This document shows, in pieces, positions 15,035 through 21,970 of a stretch of 21,970 bases of DNA. The notes beneath the pieces are model-generated. The model made no database searches. It was not told the DNA's origin and saw only the letters and a list, made by a program, of their open reading frames with translations. Positions within the stretch are counted from its first letter, which is position 1; each line of letters begins with the position of its first letter. Location: sequence record NZ_CP014059.2; one strand, given 5' to 3'. The stretch is from a plasmid. Position numbers and translations under genes: made by a program.

Positions 15035-15583
15035 ATGAAAATCGCACTCACCGGCGCTCTGCTCGCCAGCGCCCTCGTCCTGCCACTGGCCGTCACGGCC
15101 GGCGACTTTTCGCCCTATGTGGACAGCCAGGGCGGCATCAGCCGCCCCACAGACTTCCGCACAAACTTCGTCCACCTGGGCTCATATGCGGTGTTGGACG
15201 AAAAATCCGCCTCTCGCGGCTTGCACGATGTGTACACCGAAAAGGCCTCGGCCGAGCACTACCGCAAGACCGGCAAGTTCTTGGACGGCGCCACGCTGGT
15301 GAAAGAGATCCGCAAGCTCGAAACCAGCGCCATGACCACTGGCAACCCTGTGGTCTAGGGTTCCGATGCGGCCGTGTGGTTCGTGATGGTCAAGGACGCC
15401 AAAGGCCGTTTCGCCAGCAACCCCTTGTGGGGCGACGGCTGGGGCTGGGCGCTGTTCAAGGCCGACGCCCCCGCCAAGAATGTCGCCGTCAGCTACGAAG
15501 CCGACTGCATGGGCTGCCATGTGCCGGCGGCCAAGACCGACCGCGTATTCATCCAGGGCTATCCGACACTGACCCAGCACTGA
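15035..15583 (+). pseudogene. Cytochrome P460 / c'-beta family hemoprotein interrupted by an in-frame TAG at 15356-15358
   Basis: AAGGAG Shine-Dalgarno. Signal peptide MKIALTGALLASALVLPLAVTA. The reading frame continues across the TAG into ..WFVMVKD... and the C-terminal heme motif CMGCH. Total length about 183 codons, typical for the family. Confidence 0.7.
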
Positions 15584-15656
15584 CTTGCTGCCGGGTTACG
15601 CTTCGCGCAGGATGGCACCTCCGTCCTGCGCGAGCCACCCTTTCCGGAAGCGCGCC

Positions 15657-16257
15657 ATGCCGACACTCGACGCCTTTCTGACCGACGTCCGCGCCTGCAC
15701 GCGCTGCGCACCGCATCTGCCACACGGCGTGCAGCCGGTCTTCCAGTTTCACCCGAGTGCGCCCATCCTCATCGCCGGCCAAGCACCGGGGGCCCGGGTC
15801 CATGCCTCAGGCGTGCCCTTCGACGACGCCAGCGGCGCGCGTCTGCGCGCCTGGCTGGGCGTGGACCGCGACACCTTCTACGACCCTACCCGCATCGCCA
15901 TTCTGCCCATGGGCTTCTGTTATCCGGGCACCGGCAAAAGCGGTGACCTGCCGCTACGCCCGGAGTGCGCCCCCCGCCTGGCGCGAAGCCTTCATGCAGC
16001 GTTTCGAGCGCCTGTCGCTGGTCATCGTGCTGGGCAGCTACGCCATGGACTACCACCTCGGTACTGGCAAGACGCCGCTCACCCGGGTGGTCGAAGCCTG
16101 GCGCGAGCACTGGCCGCAAGCGTTCCCCCTGCCTCACCCTAGCCCGCGCAACAATCGCTGGCTGGTGCGCAACCCCTGGTTCCAACAAGACGTGCTGCCC
16201 GCGCTGCAAGCACGCGTCCAGGCAGTCCTCACCGCCAACCCCAAGGAAACCCCATGA
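15657..16257 (+). pseudogene. Family-4-type uracil-DNA glycosylase-like gene with a +1 frameshift in a C6 run (15972-15977)
   Basis: Frame 3 gives MPTLDAFLTDVRACTRC..ILIAGQAPGARV..GFCYPGTGKSGDLPLRPECAP. Frame 1 continues AWREAFMQRFERLSLVIVLGSYA...LPHPSPRNNRWLV (HPSP motif). Deleting one C in the tgcgccccccgcctgg run restores a single protein of about 199 aa. Confidence 0.7.
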
Positions 16258-16372
16258 CCGACGACACCGCCGCCATTACCGAGCTGCTGCACAAGTACTA
16301 CGACACCCTGGCCTGGGCGAACGGAGACAGGCACCGGCTTTGGAGCGATGAACGACGGCTTCAGGTGCGGTA
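16254..16372 (+). pseudogene. Truncated SnoaL/NTF2-like fragment (39 codons)
   Basis: MTDDTAAITELLHKYYDTLAWANGD is the typical N-terminus of a SnoaL-like domain. ATGA overlaps the UDG stop. The ORF ends after 39 codons. Confidence 0.35.
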
Positions 16373-16440
16373 GCTGACGCCTGGGACCTCAATCACCGTA
16401 TGACCGGGTCGAAAGCGGTCCTTTCTCTGACAACATCGCC

Positions 16441-17325
16441 CTAGCCCGCACTCAACCCCCACAACACATCCAGCACATGTTGCGTAGGCCGCTCGACGTC
16501 CCCACCACGGTGGGCAATACCAAGTTGACGCCACAATAAGGGCTGTAATGGCCGCATGACGATCCTGGTATCGGGCAATGGCGTGGAGGCTTCATGCGGC
16601 AACAACGTCGCACCATAACCGGCCGCCACTAGGCTTTTGATCGCATCGTTGTAGTTCAGTTGAATACGCGGCGTGGGCTGCCGTCCATCACTGGCGAACC
16701 ACTCCGAGGTCAAGCGCGAAAGCCGAGTAGTTTTGTCATTCAGAATTAATGGCTGGGCGGCCAGCCAACCGGGGGTCACAACATCCGGGCATTCCCAGCG
16801 AGCCGGCAAGAAGGCCATGACCGGGTCCCGCCGCCATGGCTCGATCCGCAATTCCTTCACCGGGGTCTGTGGCAGCGCGACCAGACCGATCTCCAAAGAG
16901 CCCTCGGCAAGCTTCTTCAAAGTTTCCTGCGACGTGAGCACCGCGACCTGCACATCGATAGCGGGATGGCGTTGGCCCAACGTCTCCAAAGCTTGCGGCA
17001 TCAACTGTGCGATGGCCCCTGTGGAGGCACCCAGCCGCACACGCCCGGCCAAGCCCTGCACCTGACGCTCCACGTCCTCAAGCGCCTGCTCCGCATCCGC
17101 CAACAGGCGCCGCGCGCGCTCCACCAGCGTTTCTCCAATCGCCGAAGGCTGAATGCGCCCACGTGTGCGCGACAACAGCTTTCCGCCAACCCGCGACTCC
17201 AGGTCGGCAATATGCAAACTGACCGTGGGTGGCGCGAGGTGCAGCACACGGGCCGCCTCGGCAAACGAACCCAGGTCGGCAATGGCCACCAACGTGCGCA
17301 GACGGTCCAGGCTGATTTCGCGCAT
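16441..17325 (-). CDS. LysR-family transcriptional regulator (294 aa)
   Basis: N-terminal HTH LRTLVAIADLGSFAEAARVLHLAPPTVSLHIADLE and a C-terminal substrate-binding domain. Confidence 0.85.
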   Translation of the reverse strand: MREISLDRLRTLVAIADLGSFAEAARVLHLAPPTVSLHIADLESRVGGKLLSRTRGRIQPSAIGETLVERARRLLADAEQALEDVERQVQGLAGRVRLGASTGAIAQLMPQALETLGQRHPAIDVQVAVLTSQETLKKLAEGSLEIGLVALPQTPVKELRIEPWRRDPVMAFLPARWECPDVVTPGWLAAQPLILNDKTTRLSRLTSEWFASDGRQPTPRIQLNYNDAIKSLVAAGYGATLLPHEASTPLPDTRIVMRPLQPLLWRQLGIAHRGGDVERPTQHVLDVLWGLSAG

Positions 17326-17338
17326 GAGTCACTCCTTG

Positions 17339-17373
17339 TTCAGAAAAGCTGAATTTCATCGTTTAGAAATTCA
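17339..17373. promoter_or_regulatory. LysR-type T-N11-A box TTCAGAAAAGCTGAA (17339-17353), overlapping the palindrome TGAATTTC-N8-GAAATTCA (17350-17373)
   Basis: Immediately upstream of the LysR start (17325). Confidence 0.5.
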
Positions 17374-17420
17374 ACTTTTCCTATCTTAGCCCCTCACTGA
17401 AGATTGGAACTCCTGATTTC

Positions 17421-19148
17421 CTATGTCCGAGAGCATTCCATGGCAAGTCCTCTTATATTCATCGACGGCGACCACTCCTCGATCTGATCGAACGGTTTGG
17501 CCGGCGGCAGGTTGTCTGCCTGCGGGTCAGCCATGTCCACATCCGGCGGTATGGGCTTGGCCGGTGGCTCCGACGTCTTGAGGTGCTGGCGGCGATCAGC
17601 GTCGCGCCGCGCCTTGCGCGTGGCCTTCTGGGCGGTGGTCACGATCTCGCGCATCTGCCCGATCATGCGGAACAGCGCCGACTCGTCCACCTGCTCGCGC
17701 CCGAGCTGACGCAATTTGGCCAGCGCCTGGCGTTGTTCCCAGAGGGTGACGGCCGGATGGGACAAGGTGCGGTAGTGGATCTCCAGATAGTGCTGACCTT
17801 CCGGTTCCAGTACCCAGATGCGGCTGATGTCGCGCGGATCGCGCCGGATCAGGAAGGCGGGCAAGCGCTCGCGCCGGGCAATCCACGGCTTGAGGGCGTC
17901 GGCGTAGTAGTGGATGTGGTCGATGACAAAGCCGGTGCGGGTCAGGGTGCGGCGGATCACCGGCAGGAAATCGACCAAAAACGCGGTGGGGCGGGTAACG
18001 ACGGCCGGGACGCCAACGCGCTCCACGGCCTCGGCCCAGCGCGCGGCCGGCGGCTGGAGCAGGCCGTTGTGCACGGAGCCGTGATAGGTGCCTACCGCCA
18101 ACGCGAGCCAGCGCTCCAGCTCGCGCAGCGTCAGGGTGGCCATCTTCTCGGAATCGTACTCGCCGCGCTGGCCGGGATTGGAGAAGGTCGTCCCCGGTAA
18201 TTCGTCGTGGATCATCTGCATCGCCGTGCCGATGATCCGTTCCACGATGCCGCCGTAGTGCGGCTGGCCTGGTGGGCGATAGTCCAGCCGGATGCCATGC
18301 TGTTCGCAGCCACGGCGCAGCGCTTCGCTTTTGAACTCGGCCGCGTTGTCCAGATAGAGCAGCCTGGGCTTGCCGCTCATCGGCCAGTCCATTTCCACAT
18401 TCAGCCCTTCCAGCCAGGGCCGCTTGTCGCAGGCGGCATGCGCGAGGCATAGGCCGACCGAGACGGCGGACGGCGCTTCCAGCGTGACCACCATGCCGAG
18501 TACGCAGCGCGTGAACACGTCGATGGCGAGGGTCAAATATGGGCGGCCAATCGGTTGCCGGTCGCGCTCGTCGACCACGATCAGGTCGATGACGGTGTGG
18601 TCGATCTGCACCTGTTCCAGCGGCATGGTGACTTCTGGCGGAATGCCACCCGCGCCTTGCAAGGGACGGGCAGCGTCCTGCCCGCCCCGGCTGCGGGCTA
18701 TTTTCGCCGGGTGTAGTCCGGCAATCCGCTGGGCCACGGTGTTGCGCGCCGGCACCGGCAGCTTCTGGGTTTTGCACGCCTGCGCGACTTCGCGGTGGAA
18801 CGCCGCCAGGCTGCGTTTCTGCTTGGTCAGGAAGCGCTTTTGCAGCAGCTCGCGGATGATGCGCTCGACCGGTTCCGGCAAGCGCCCCTTGCCTTTGCCG
18901 CCGCCGGATCGGCCGGGCGTCAGGTCTGTTACCAGGCCAGTACCCTGCCGGGCGCGACGGATCAGGACATATACCTGTCGCCGGGACAGGCCCAGCGCTT
19001 GGGCTGCCTCATCGGCGGCTTCATGCCCGACCACCTCAAGCGCTGCCAGTGGCCCGATGATTTCCGTCCGGTGCCGGGCTTGCGCCCATGCCTCGTCGGG
19101 CAGGGTGGCCACGCCTTGCGCGGCAATCGGTGGAGTGTCTGATGTCAT
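17421..19148 (-). CDS. tniA: TniA (Tn402/Tn5053-family DDE transposase, TnsB/MuA-like), about 575 aa from ATG 19148
   Basis: MTSDTPPIAAQGVATLPDEAW...GLSRRQVYVLIRRARQG...QVQIDHTVIDLIVVD... is near-identical to Tn402/Tn5053 TniA. tniB, tniQ and tniR are absent downstream; the LysR gene follows directly. Confidence 0.92.
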   Translation of the reverse strand: MTSDTPPIAAQGVATLPDEAWAQARHRTEIIGPLAALEVVGHEAADEAAQALGLSRRQVYVLIRRARQGTGLVTDLTPGRSGGGKGKGRLPEPVERIIRELLQKRFLTKQKRSLAAFHREVAQACKTQKLPVPARNTVAQRIAGLHPAKIARSRGGQDAARPLQGAGGIPPEVTMPLEQVQIDHTVIDLIVVDERDRQPIGRPYLTLAIDVFTRCVLGMVVTLEAPSAVSVGLCLAHAACDKRPWLEGLNVEMDWPMSGKPRLLYLDNAAEFKSEALRRGCEQHGIRLDYRPPGQPHYGGIVERIIGTAMQMIHDELPGTTFSNPGQRGEYDSEKMATLTLRELERWLALAVGTYHGSVHNGLLQPPAARWAEAVERVGVPAVVTRPTAFLVDFLPVIRRTLTRTGFVIDHIHYYADALKPWIARRERLPAFLIRRDPRDISRIWVLEPEGQHYLEIHYRTLSHPAVTLWEQRQALAKLRQLGREQVDESALFRMIGQMREIVTTAQKATRKARRDADRRQHLKTSEPPAKPIPPDVDMADPQADNLPPAKPFDQIEEWSPSMNIRGLAMECSRT

Positions 19149-19376
19149 GCCCAAACCTCGCTTTGGTGCACACGAGTATTGAGCATAGTCGAGATTGGTG
19201 CAGACGACTCCTGATATTGGGCTGTCAGGAGCCGTATGCACACCAGGCGTTACATCCAGTCAGATGGTGCGGTCGTCTTCTGAAAACGACAATATGCGCC
19301 TAGCTCAAAACGCCAGCCTTAAAGAGCCTTTTCAAGACAGTTTCAGCGTGATGGACTTGGGGGCAGGGAAGGGCTA

Positions 19377-19403
19377 TTATCACTAGGTATTACCATGTGA
19401 TAA
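19377..19403. promoter_or_regulatory. Operator-like inverted repeat TTATCAC-N13-GTGATAA overlapping a TATTAT -10, upstream of the antitoxin gene
   Basis: Perfect 7-bp arms with an inner GGTA..TACC palindrome, 11 bp upstream of the antitoxin ATG. Confidence 0.5.
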
Positions 19404-19413
19404 GAGGCCCACT

Positions 19414-19686
19414 ATGGCAACGTCTCTCAAGATCGACGACACGCTGAAAGGTCGCGTCCAGCACCTCGCCAGCCAGCGCCGCCGCTCGCCCCACTGGATC
19501 ATGCTCGAAGCGATCCAGCAGTACGTCGAGCGCGAAGAAGCCCGCGAGAGCTTCAAGCAGGAAGCCTTGGCGTCCTGGGCGGCCTACAAGGAAACCGGCC
19601 GCCACCTGACCGGCCAGGAAGTTCGCACCTGGTTGAACACCTGGGGCACCAATGACGAAAGGGCGGTGCCTGAGTGCCACAAGTAA
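19414..19686 (+). CDS. parD: RHH (CopG-like) antitoxin of a ParE/RelE-type TA pair (90 aa)
   Basis: N-terminal RHH (SLKIDDTLKGRVQHLA). C-terminal ..TGRHLTGQEVRTWLNTWGTNDE.. is typical of ParE-partner antitoxins. It overlaps the toxin start. Confidence 0.7.
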   Translation: MATSLKIDDTLKGRVQHLASQRRRSPHWIMLEAIQQYVEREEARESFKQEALASWAAYKETGRHLTGQEVRTWLNTWGTNDERAVPECHK

Positions 19687-19967
19687 TCGTCACCGAAGGC
19701 GCGGCGGAAGGCTTGGAACGATGCCGGCGGTTCCTGGCCGTCAAGGCACCGGACGCCGCCAGGCGTGCCGGCCAGGCCATCGAGCGGCAATTCCTGCTGC
19801 TGGAGACGGCCCCGGACATTGGCCGGCCGTTCCCTGAAATGCCCGAGCTGCGCGAGCTGGTGATTGCCTTCGGGGATTCCGGCTATGTGGCCCTGTACCG
19901 CCACGAACCGGCCGACGATGCGGTGTATGTTCTGGCCTTCCGGCACCAGAAAGAGGCGGGCTACTGA
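19674..19967 (+). CDS. parE: ParE/RelE-superfamily toxin (97 aa)
   Basis: ParE-like pattern ..VALYRHEPADDAVYVLAFRHQKE... Translationally coupled to the antitoxin. It is divergent from the resolvase, as in the RK2 parDE arrangement. Confidence 0.75.
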   Translation: MPQVIVTEGAAEGLERCRRFLAVKAPDAARRAGQAIERQFLLLETAPDIGRPFPEMPELRELVIAFGDSGYVALYRHEPADDAVYVLAFRHQKEAGY

Positions 19968-20136
19968 TGACCACCAAGACCGTGAGCGCCGCCGTACCGG
20001 CGGCCGTGAAGGCCGAAGCTGCCGCTATCTCGGCCGCGCACGGCATGAGCATGGCCGCGCTGCTGCGCGAGCTGCTGGCCCGCGTAGCCGCCCGCGATGC
20101 TGAAACGCTGGCCTGGCTCAATAAGGCCCGCCGATG
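19968..20136 (+). CDS. Small RHH-like protein (56 aa), not in the ORF track; translationally coupled to parE and to the next gene
   Basis: ATG at 19968 abuts the parE TGA. Predicted strand-helix-G-x-S-helix pattern (KTVSAAVPAAVKAEAAAISAAHGMSMAALLRELLARV). Confidence 0.4.
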
Positions 20137-20508
20137 ACCGACCCGAAGAACCTGGAAAGCTGGCTGCATGAGAAAGCTGGCCCGGCCTATGACGCATTGA
20201 AGGCCGACCCGGCCCGCGCCGTCACGGCTGACCAGGTGCGCTACACGCTCGATGAGCTGCTGGCCGAAGCCGAAGCATCCGGCCAGTATCCATTGCCGCC
20301 TGAGCAACGCGAATGGGTGGATGCCCCGGCCGTTGGCCGTGAGCTGCTGCCCGAGGACTTGCAAACCGCCGAAGCTATAGCTGCGTTCCTGGCCGATGCC
20401 GAAACCACGGCCGACCCGGCCTATATCCAGCACGCCCGCGAAGTTGCGGCGCTGGCCAGCATCGCCATTTCTGGCGGTGCTGCAGGTGGATCTCATCGCC
20501 GGAAATGA
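20134..20508 (+). CDS. Acidic helical hypothetical protein (124 aa)
   Basis: ATGA overlap with the 56-aa ORF. Net charge about -10. No recognisable motif. Confidence 0.45.
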   Translation: MTDPKNLESWLHEKAGPAYDALKADPARAVTADQVRYTLDELLAEAEASGQYPLPPEQREWVDAPAVGRELLPEDLQTAEAIAAFLADAETTADPAYIQHAREVAALASIAISGGAAGGSHRRK

Positions 20509-20623
20509 CGATGCGAGATCCACGCCAAGGGAAAGGGCAGGGCGGCCGTCATCGCTCGATCTGGCGATGCTCGAGAACGCCGGCGCGCATCGTCGGAAAC
20601 GGCGATGCAGGCCCGAAAACGAC

Positions 20624-20646
20624 AAGGGCGGCCACCGGCCGCCCTT
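20624..20646. terminator. Perfect hairpin AAGGGCGGCC-acc-GGCCGCCCTT between convergent genes; rho-independent terminator for minus-strand gene 20664..20897 (GTCGTTTTC tail)
   Basis: 10-bp GC-rich stem. On the minus strand it is followed by TTGTCGTTTTCGGGC. Confidence 0.6.
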
Positions 20647-20663
20647 GCTGTTCCTGGTAGAGC

Positions 20664-20897
20664 CTACGCGGTGAGTGACTGCCGCACCGCGTCCAGGGCC
20701 TGGCGGAAGTCGTCCCGCGTAGCCTGGCCCGTCTCGGCCTGGTAGTACAGCACCATGAACATATTGGCGACGGCTTCCGCCATCGGCGAGAGCTGCCGCG
20801 CCGCCTCTTGGTCGATCCAGTCCAGGGCCGCGAGCTGTGCGGCCGCATGATGGACTGCCTGGGTTGCGATTGCATTGGTAGGATTCAAAGTTGCCAT
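20664..20897 (-). CDS. Hypothetical helical protein (77 aa)
   Basis: GAGGTGA Shine-Dalgarno upstream of the ATG. A terminator lies downstream. Confidence 0.5.
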   Translation of the reverse strand: MATLNPTNAIATQAVHHAAAQLAALDWIDQEAARQLSPMAEAVANMFMVLYYQAETGQATRDDFRQALDAVRQSLTA

Positions 20898-20960
20898 GAT
20901 TCACCTCTGTGGTAGGTGGGTTGTGGAAGTGTCGGCCGGCCCCACGCCGGCCGGCGCGCT

Positions 20961-21218
20961 TTATCGCTGGCCGCTGCTGTAGATGCCGGCGGCCTCGGCC
21001 AGCGGCGTGTTCCTGTTGCTGCCGCTGTAGCTGTTGCTCGATGACTTGGCCGCCGGCCTGATGGCCTCGATGGCAGACGGGGCAGGGCGATCAACGAAGG
21101 CCGCCACTTCCGCCGCTGCATCAAGCTCGGTTGATTGATCGCCAGGCTGCTCAAACTCCACCGCCGGCCGCTGCACCTGGTCGAGCGCCAGGCAGTCGAA
21201 AAAGCCACTACGTTTCAT
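20961..21218 (-). CDS. Hypothetical protein (85 aa from ATG 21218), translationally coupled to the 3' end of trbL
   Basis: A GGAGG Shine-Dalgarno lies 9 nt upstream. The ATG at 21218 is 2 nt from the trbL stop codon (21221-21223). It occupies the position where IncP-1 has trbM. Confidence 0.5.
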   Translation of the reverse strand: MKRSGFFDCLALDQVQRPAVEFEQPGDQSTELDAAAEVAAFVDRPAPSAIEAIRPAAKSSSNSYSGSNRNTPLAEAAGIYSSGQR

Positions 21219-21220
21219 GG

Positions 21221-21970
21221 TCACGCCTCCGATTTACCGTGCTCGCGGTTGGCGAACGCGGCCACTTCGTCATCAGGATCGGCAGCAGCCGAATCGGCCC
21301 CTGCCAGGTTGTTGCCGCCGAATGTCGGCACCGCCTCGACAGCGGCGGCCTGGTCACTCTCCGCACTCGCCCTGATAGCCGCCGCGATCTTCCCGCCGGT
21401 GGTGTCAGCGATGCGTTCGGCGGCGGCGTCGCGCATGCTGGCGGCCTTGGCCTTCGCAACCTCGCCGACGCCTTGCATCAGGTTCGCGCCGGCGTCGGCC
21501 GTCACGCGGCCCGCCGTGCCAAGCGCCGATGCGGCCGAGGCCAGCAAGCCGGGGCCGGTGCTGCCTGGTGCGGCCTGCTGGCCGCCTTGCTGGGCTTTCT
21601 TGCTGCCGGCTTCGTCGCCACCCTTCGAGCTGGGACCTCCACCCGATTTACCGGGCTGCTGCCCATTGCTTCCACCCGAGCCGCTGGCACCGCTGCCCGA
21701 GCTGCTGCCGAAACCGGCGGCCTGTGCAAGTGGTGTAGTGGTGCCCGCACCTGAGCTTGACCCGCCACCAAAGCCAGCAGCTTGCGCAAACGAGCCTGCA
21801 TCGCTGCCGGGGTCGGAGCCGCCACCGAGCATGGGCATTCCGCCCGACTCGCCGCCGGCGCTCGATCCCGCTTTCTCGAACGCTGCCTTGATGGCCGACA
21901 TGCCGCCGGCGGCCGAGGTTGCACCACCCATCACGGCCGCACCGGCTACGCTTGCCGCACCAGCGGCCAT
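21221..21970 (-). CDS. trbL: C-terminal Gly/Ala/Ser-rich low-complexity part of TrbL (249 codons), continuous with 1..912 if the molecule is circular
   Basis: The ORF reaches the right edge of the window in a phase that joins the codon ending at position 1. The low-complexity composition continues seamlessly (..GAAIGAAMGAAS + MAAGAASVAGAAVMGG..). Combined length is 554 codons, about the size of IncP-1 TrbL. Confidence 0.65.
   Translation of the reverse strand: MAAGAASVAGAAVMGGATSAAGGMSAIKAAFEKAGSSAGGESGGMPMLGGGSDPGSDAGSFAQAAGFGGGSSSGAGTTTPLAQAAGFGSSSGSGASGSGGSNGQQPGKSGGGPSSKGGDEAGSKKAQQGGQQAAPGSTGPGLLASAASALGTAGRVTADAGANLMQGVGEVAKAKAASMRDAAAERIADTTGGKIAAAIRASAESDQAAAVEAVPTFGGNNLAGADSAAADPDDEVAAFANREHGKSEA

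Larger units (their letters stand above)
11182..19291. mobile_element. Defective Tn402/Tn5053-family transposon (8,110 bp), with IRi 11182-11206 and IRt 19267-19291, flanked by 5-bp direct repeats ATATG (11177-11181 and 19292-19296); tniA only
   Basis: IRi TGTCGTTTTCAGAAGACGGCTGCAC and the next roughly 100 bp (..CTGAACGTCAGAAGCCGACTGCACTATAGCAGCGGAGGGGTTGGATCCATCAGGCAACGACGGGCTGCTGCCGGCCA) match the IRi end of class 1 integrons. IRt is TGTCGTTTTCAGAAGACGACCGCAC. tniA sits adjacent to IRt. The insertion is in a res region (res-hunter behaviour). Confidence 0.9.

Noticed and set aside
17596-18777. 393-aa minus-strand ORF and the 17583..18200 plus ORF
   Set aside because: Alternate-frame or antisense shadows inside tniA.
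19741-20904. 387-aa minus-strand ORF
   Set aside because: Antisense to parE and the two coupled small genes. Proline/Arg/Gly-rich shadow frame.
1-21970. CRISPR arrays, tRNA or rRNA genes
   Set aside because: No spaced identical short repeats with unique spacers, and no tRNA-like cloverleaf or rRNA-conserved segments were seen. The repeats present are operators, iterons, IRs and res-type repeats.

Overview
The window (about 65% GC) looks like a complete 21,970-bp circular plasmid that was linearised inside trbL. The N-terminal 304 codons of trbL sit at 912..1 on the minus strand, and a Gly/Ala/Ser-rich ORF ending at 21970 continues in the same frame, so ..GAAS at position 1 joins MAAGAAS.. 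at position 21970. The backbone is IncP-1 (RK2/RP4)-like but heavily reduced and mosaic. It carries trbJ-trbK-trbL, with no trbB-I or trbM-P. It carries the traI-traJ relaxosome genes, an oriT whose nic region is almost identical to RP4 (CTTCACacATCCTG|CCC) and traK, but no coupling protein. It carries kfrA with a perfect 31-bp palindromic operator. It has three KorB operators (TTTAGCSGCTAAA) and one KorA operator (GTTTAGCTAAAC), but no korA, korB, incC or trfA. Two TrfA-type iterons (GCCCCTCAAGTGTCA) lie between traK and kfrA. Replication and partition are non-IncP. The Rep is a PrimPol (archaeo-eukaryotic primase-like) initiator expressed from the KorA-operator promoter. Beside it are a small cysteine-less CHC2-zinc-finger-like protein and a repeat-rich candidate oriV. 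Partition is a ParF/ParG-type parA plus a ribbon-helix-helix (RHH) gene with a CTAG/AGATAG repeat centromere. The same CTAGCTGCTA motif recurs at two other promoters. A serine resolvase and a divergent ParD/ParE toxin-antitoxin module flank a res region. That res region has been hit by an 8,110-bp defective Tn402/Tn5053-family transposon. The transposon has IRi and IRt, 5-bp ATATG target duplications and tniA only; the integron is replaced by chromosomal-type cargo. The cargo comprises an MBL hydrolase, a GlxA/AraC regulator, an AraC regulator, an AhpD-like protein, a cytochrome P460 gene with an in-frame TAG, a family-4 UDG-like gene frameshifted in a C6 run, and a LysR regulator. No rRNA, tRNA or CRISPR is present.
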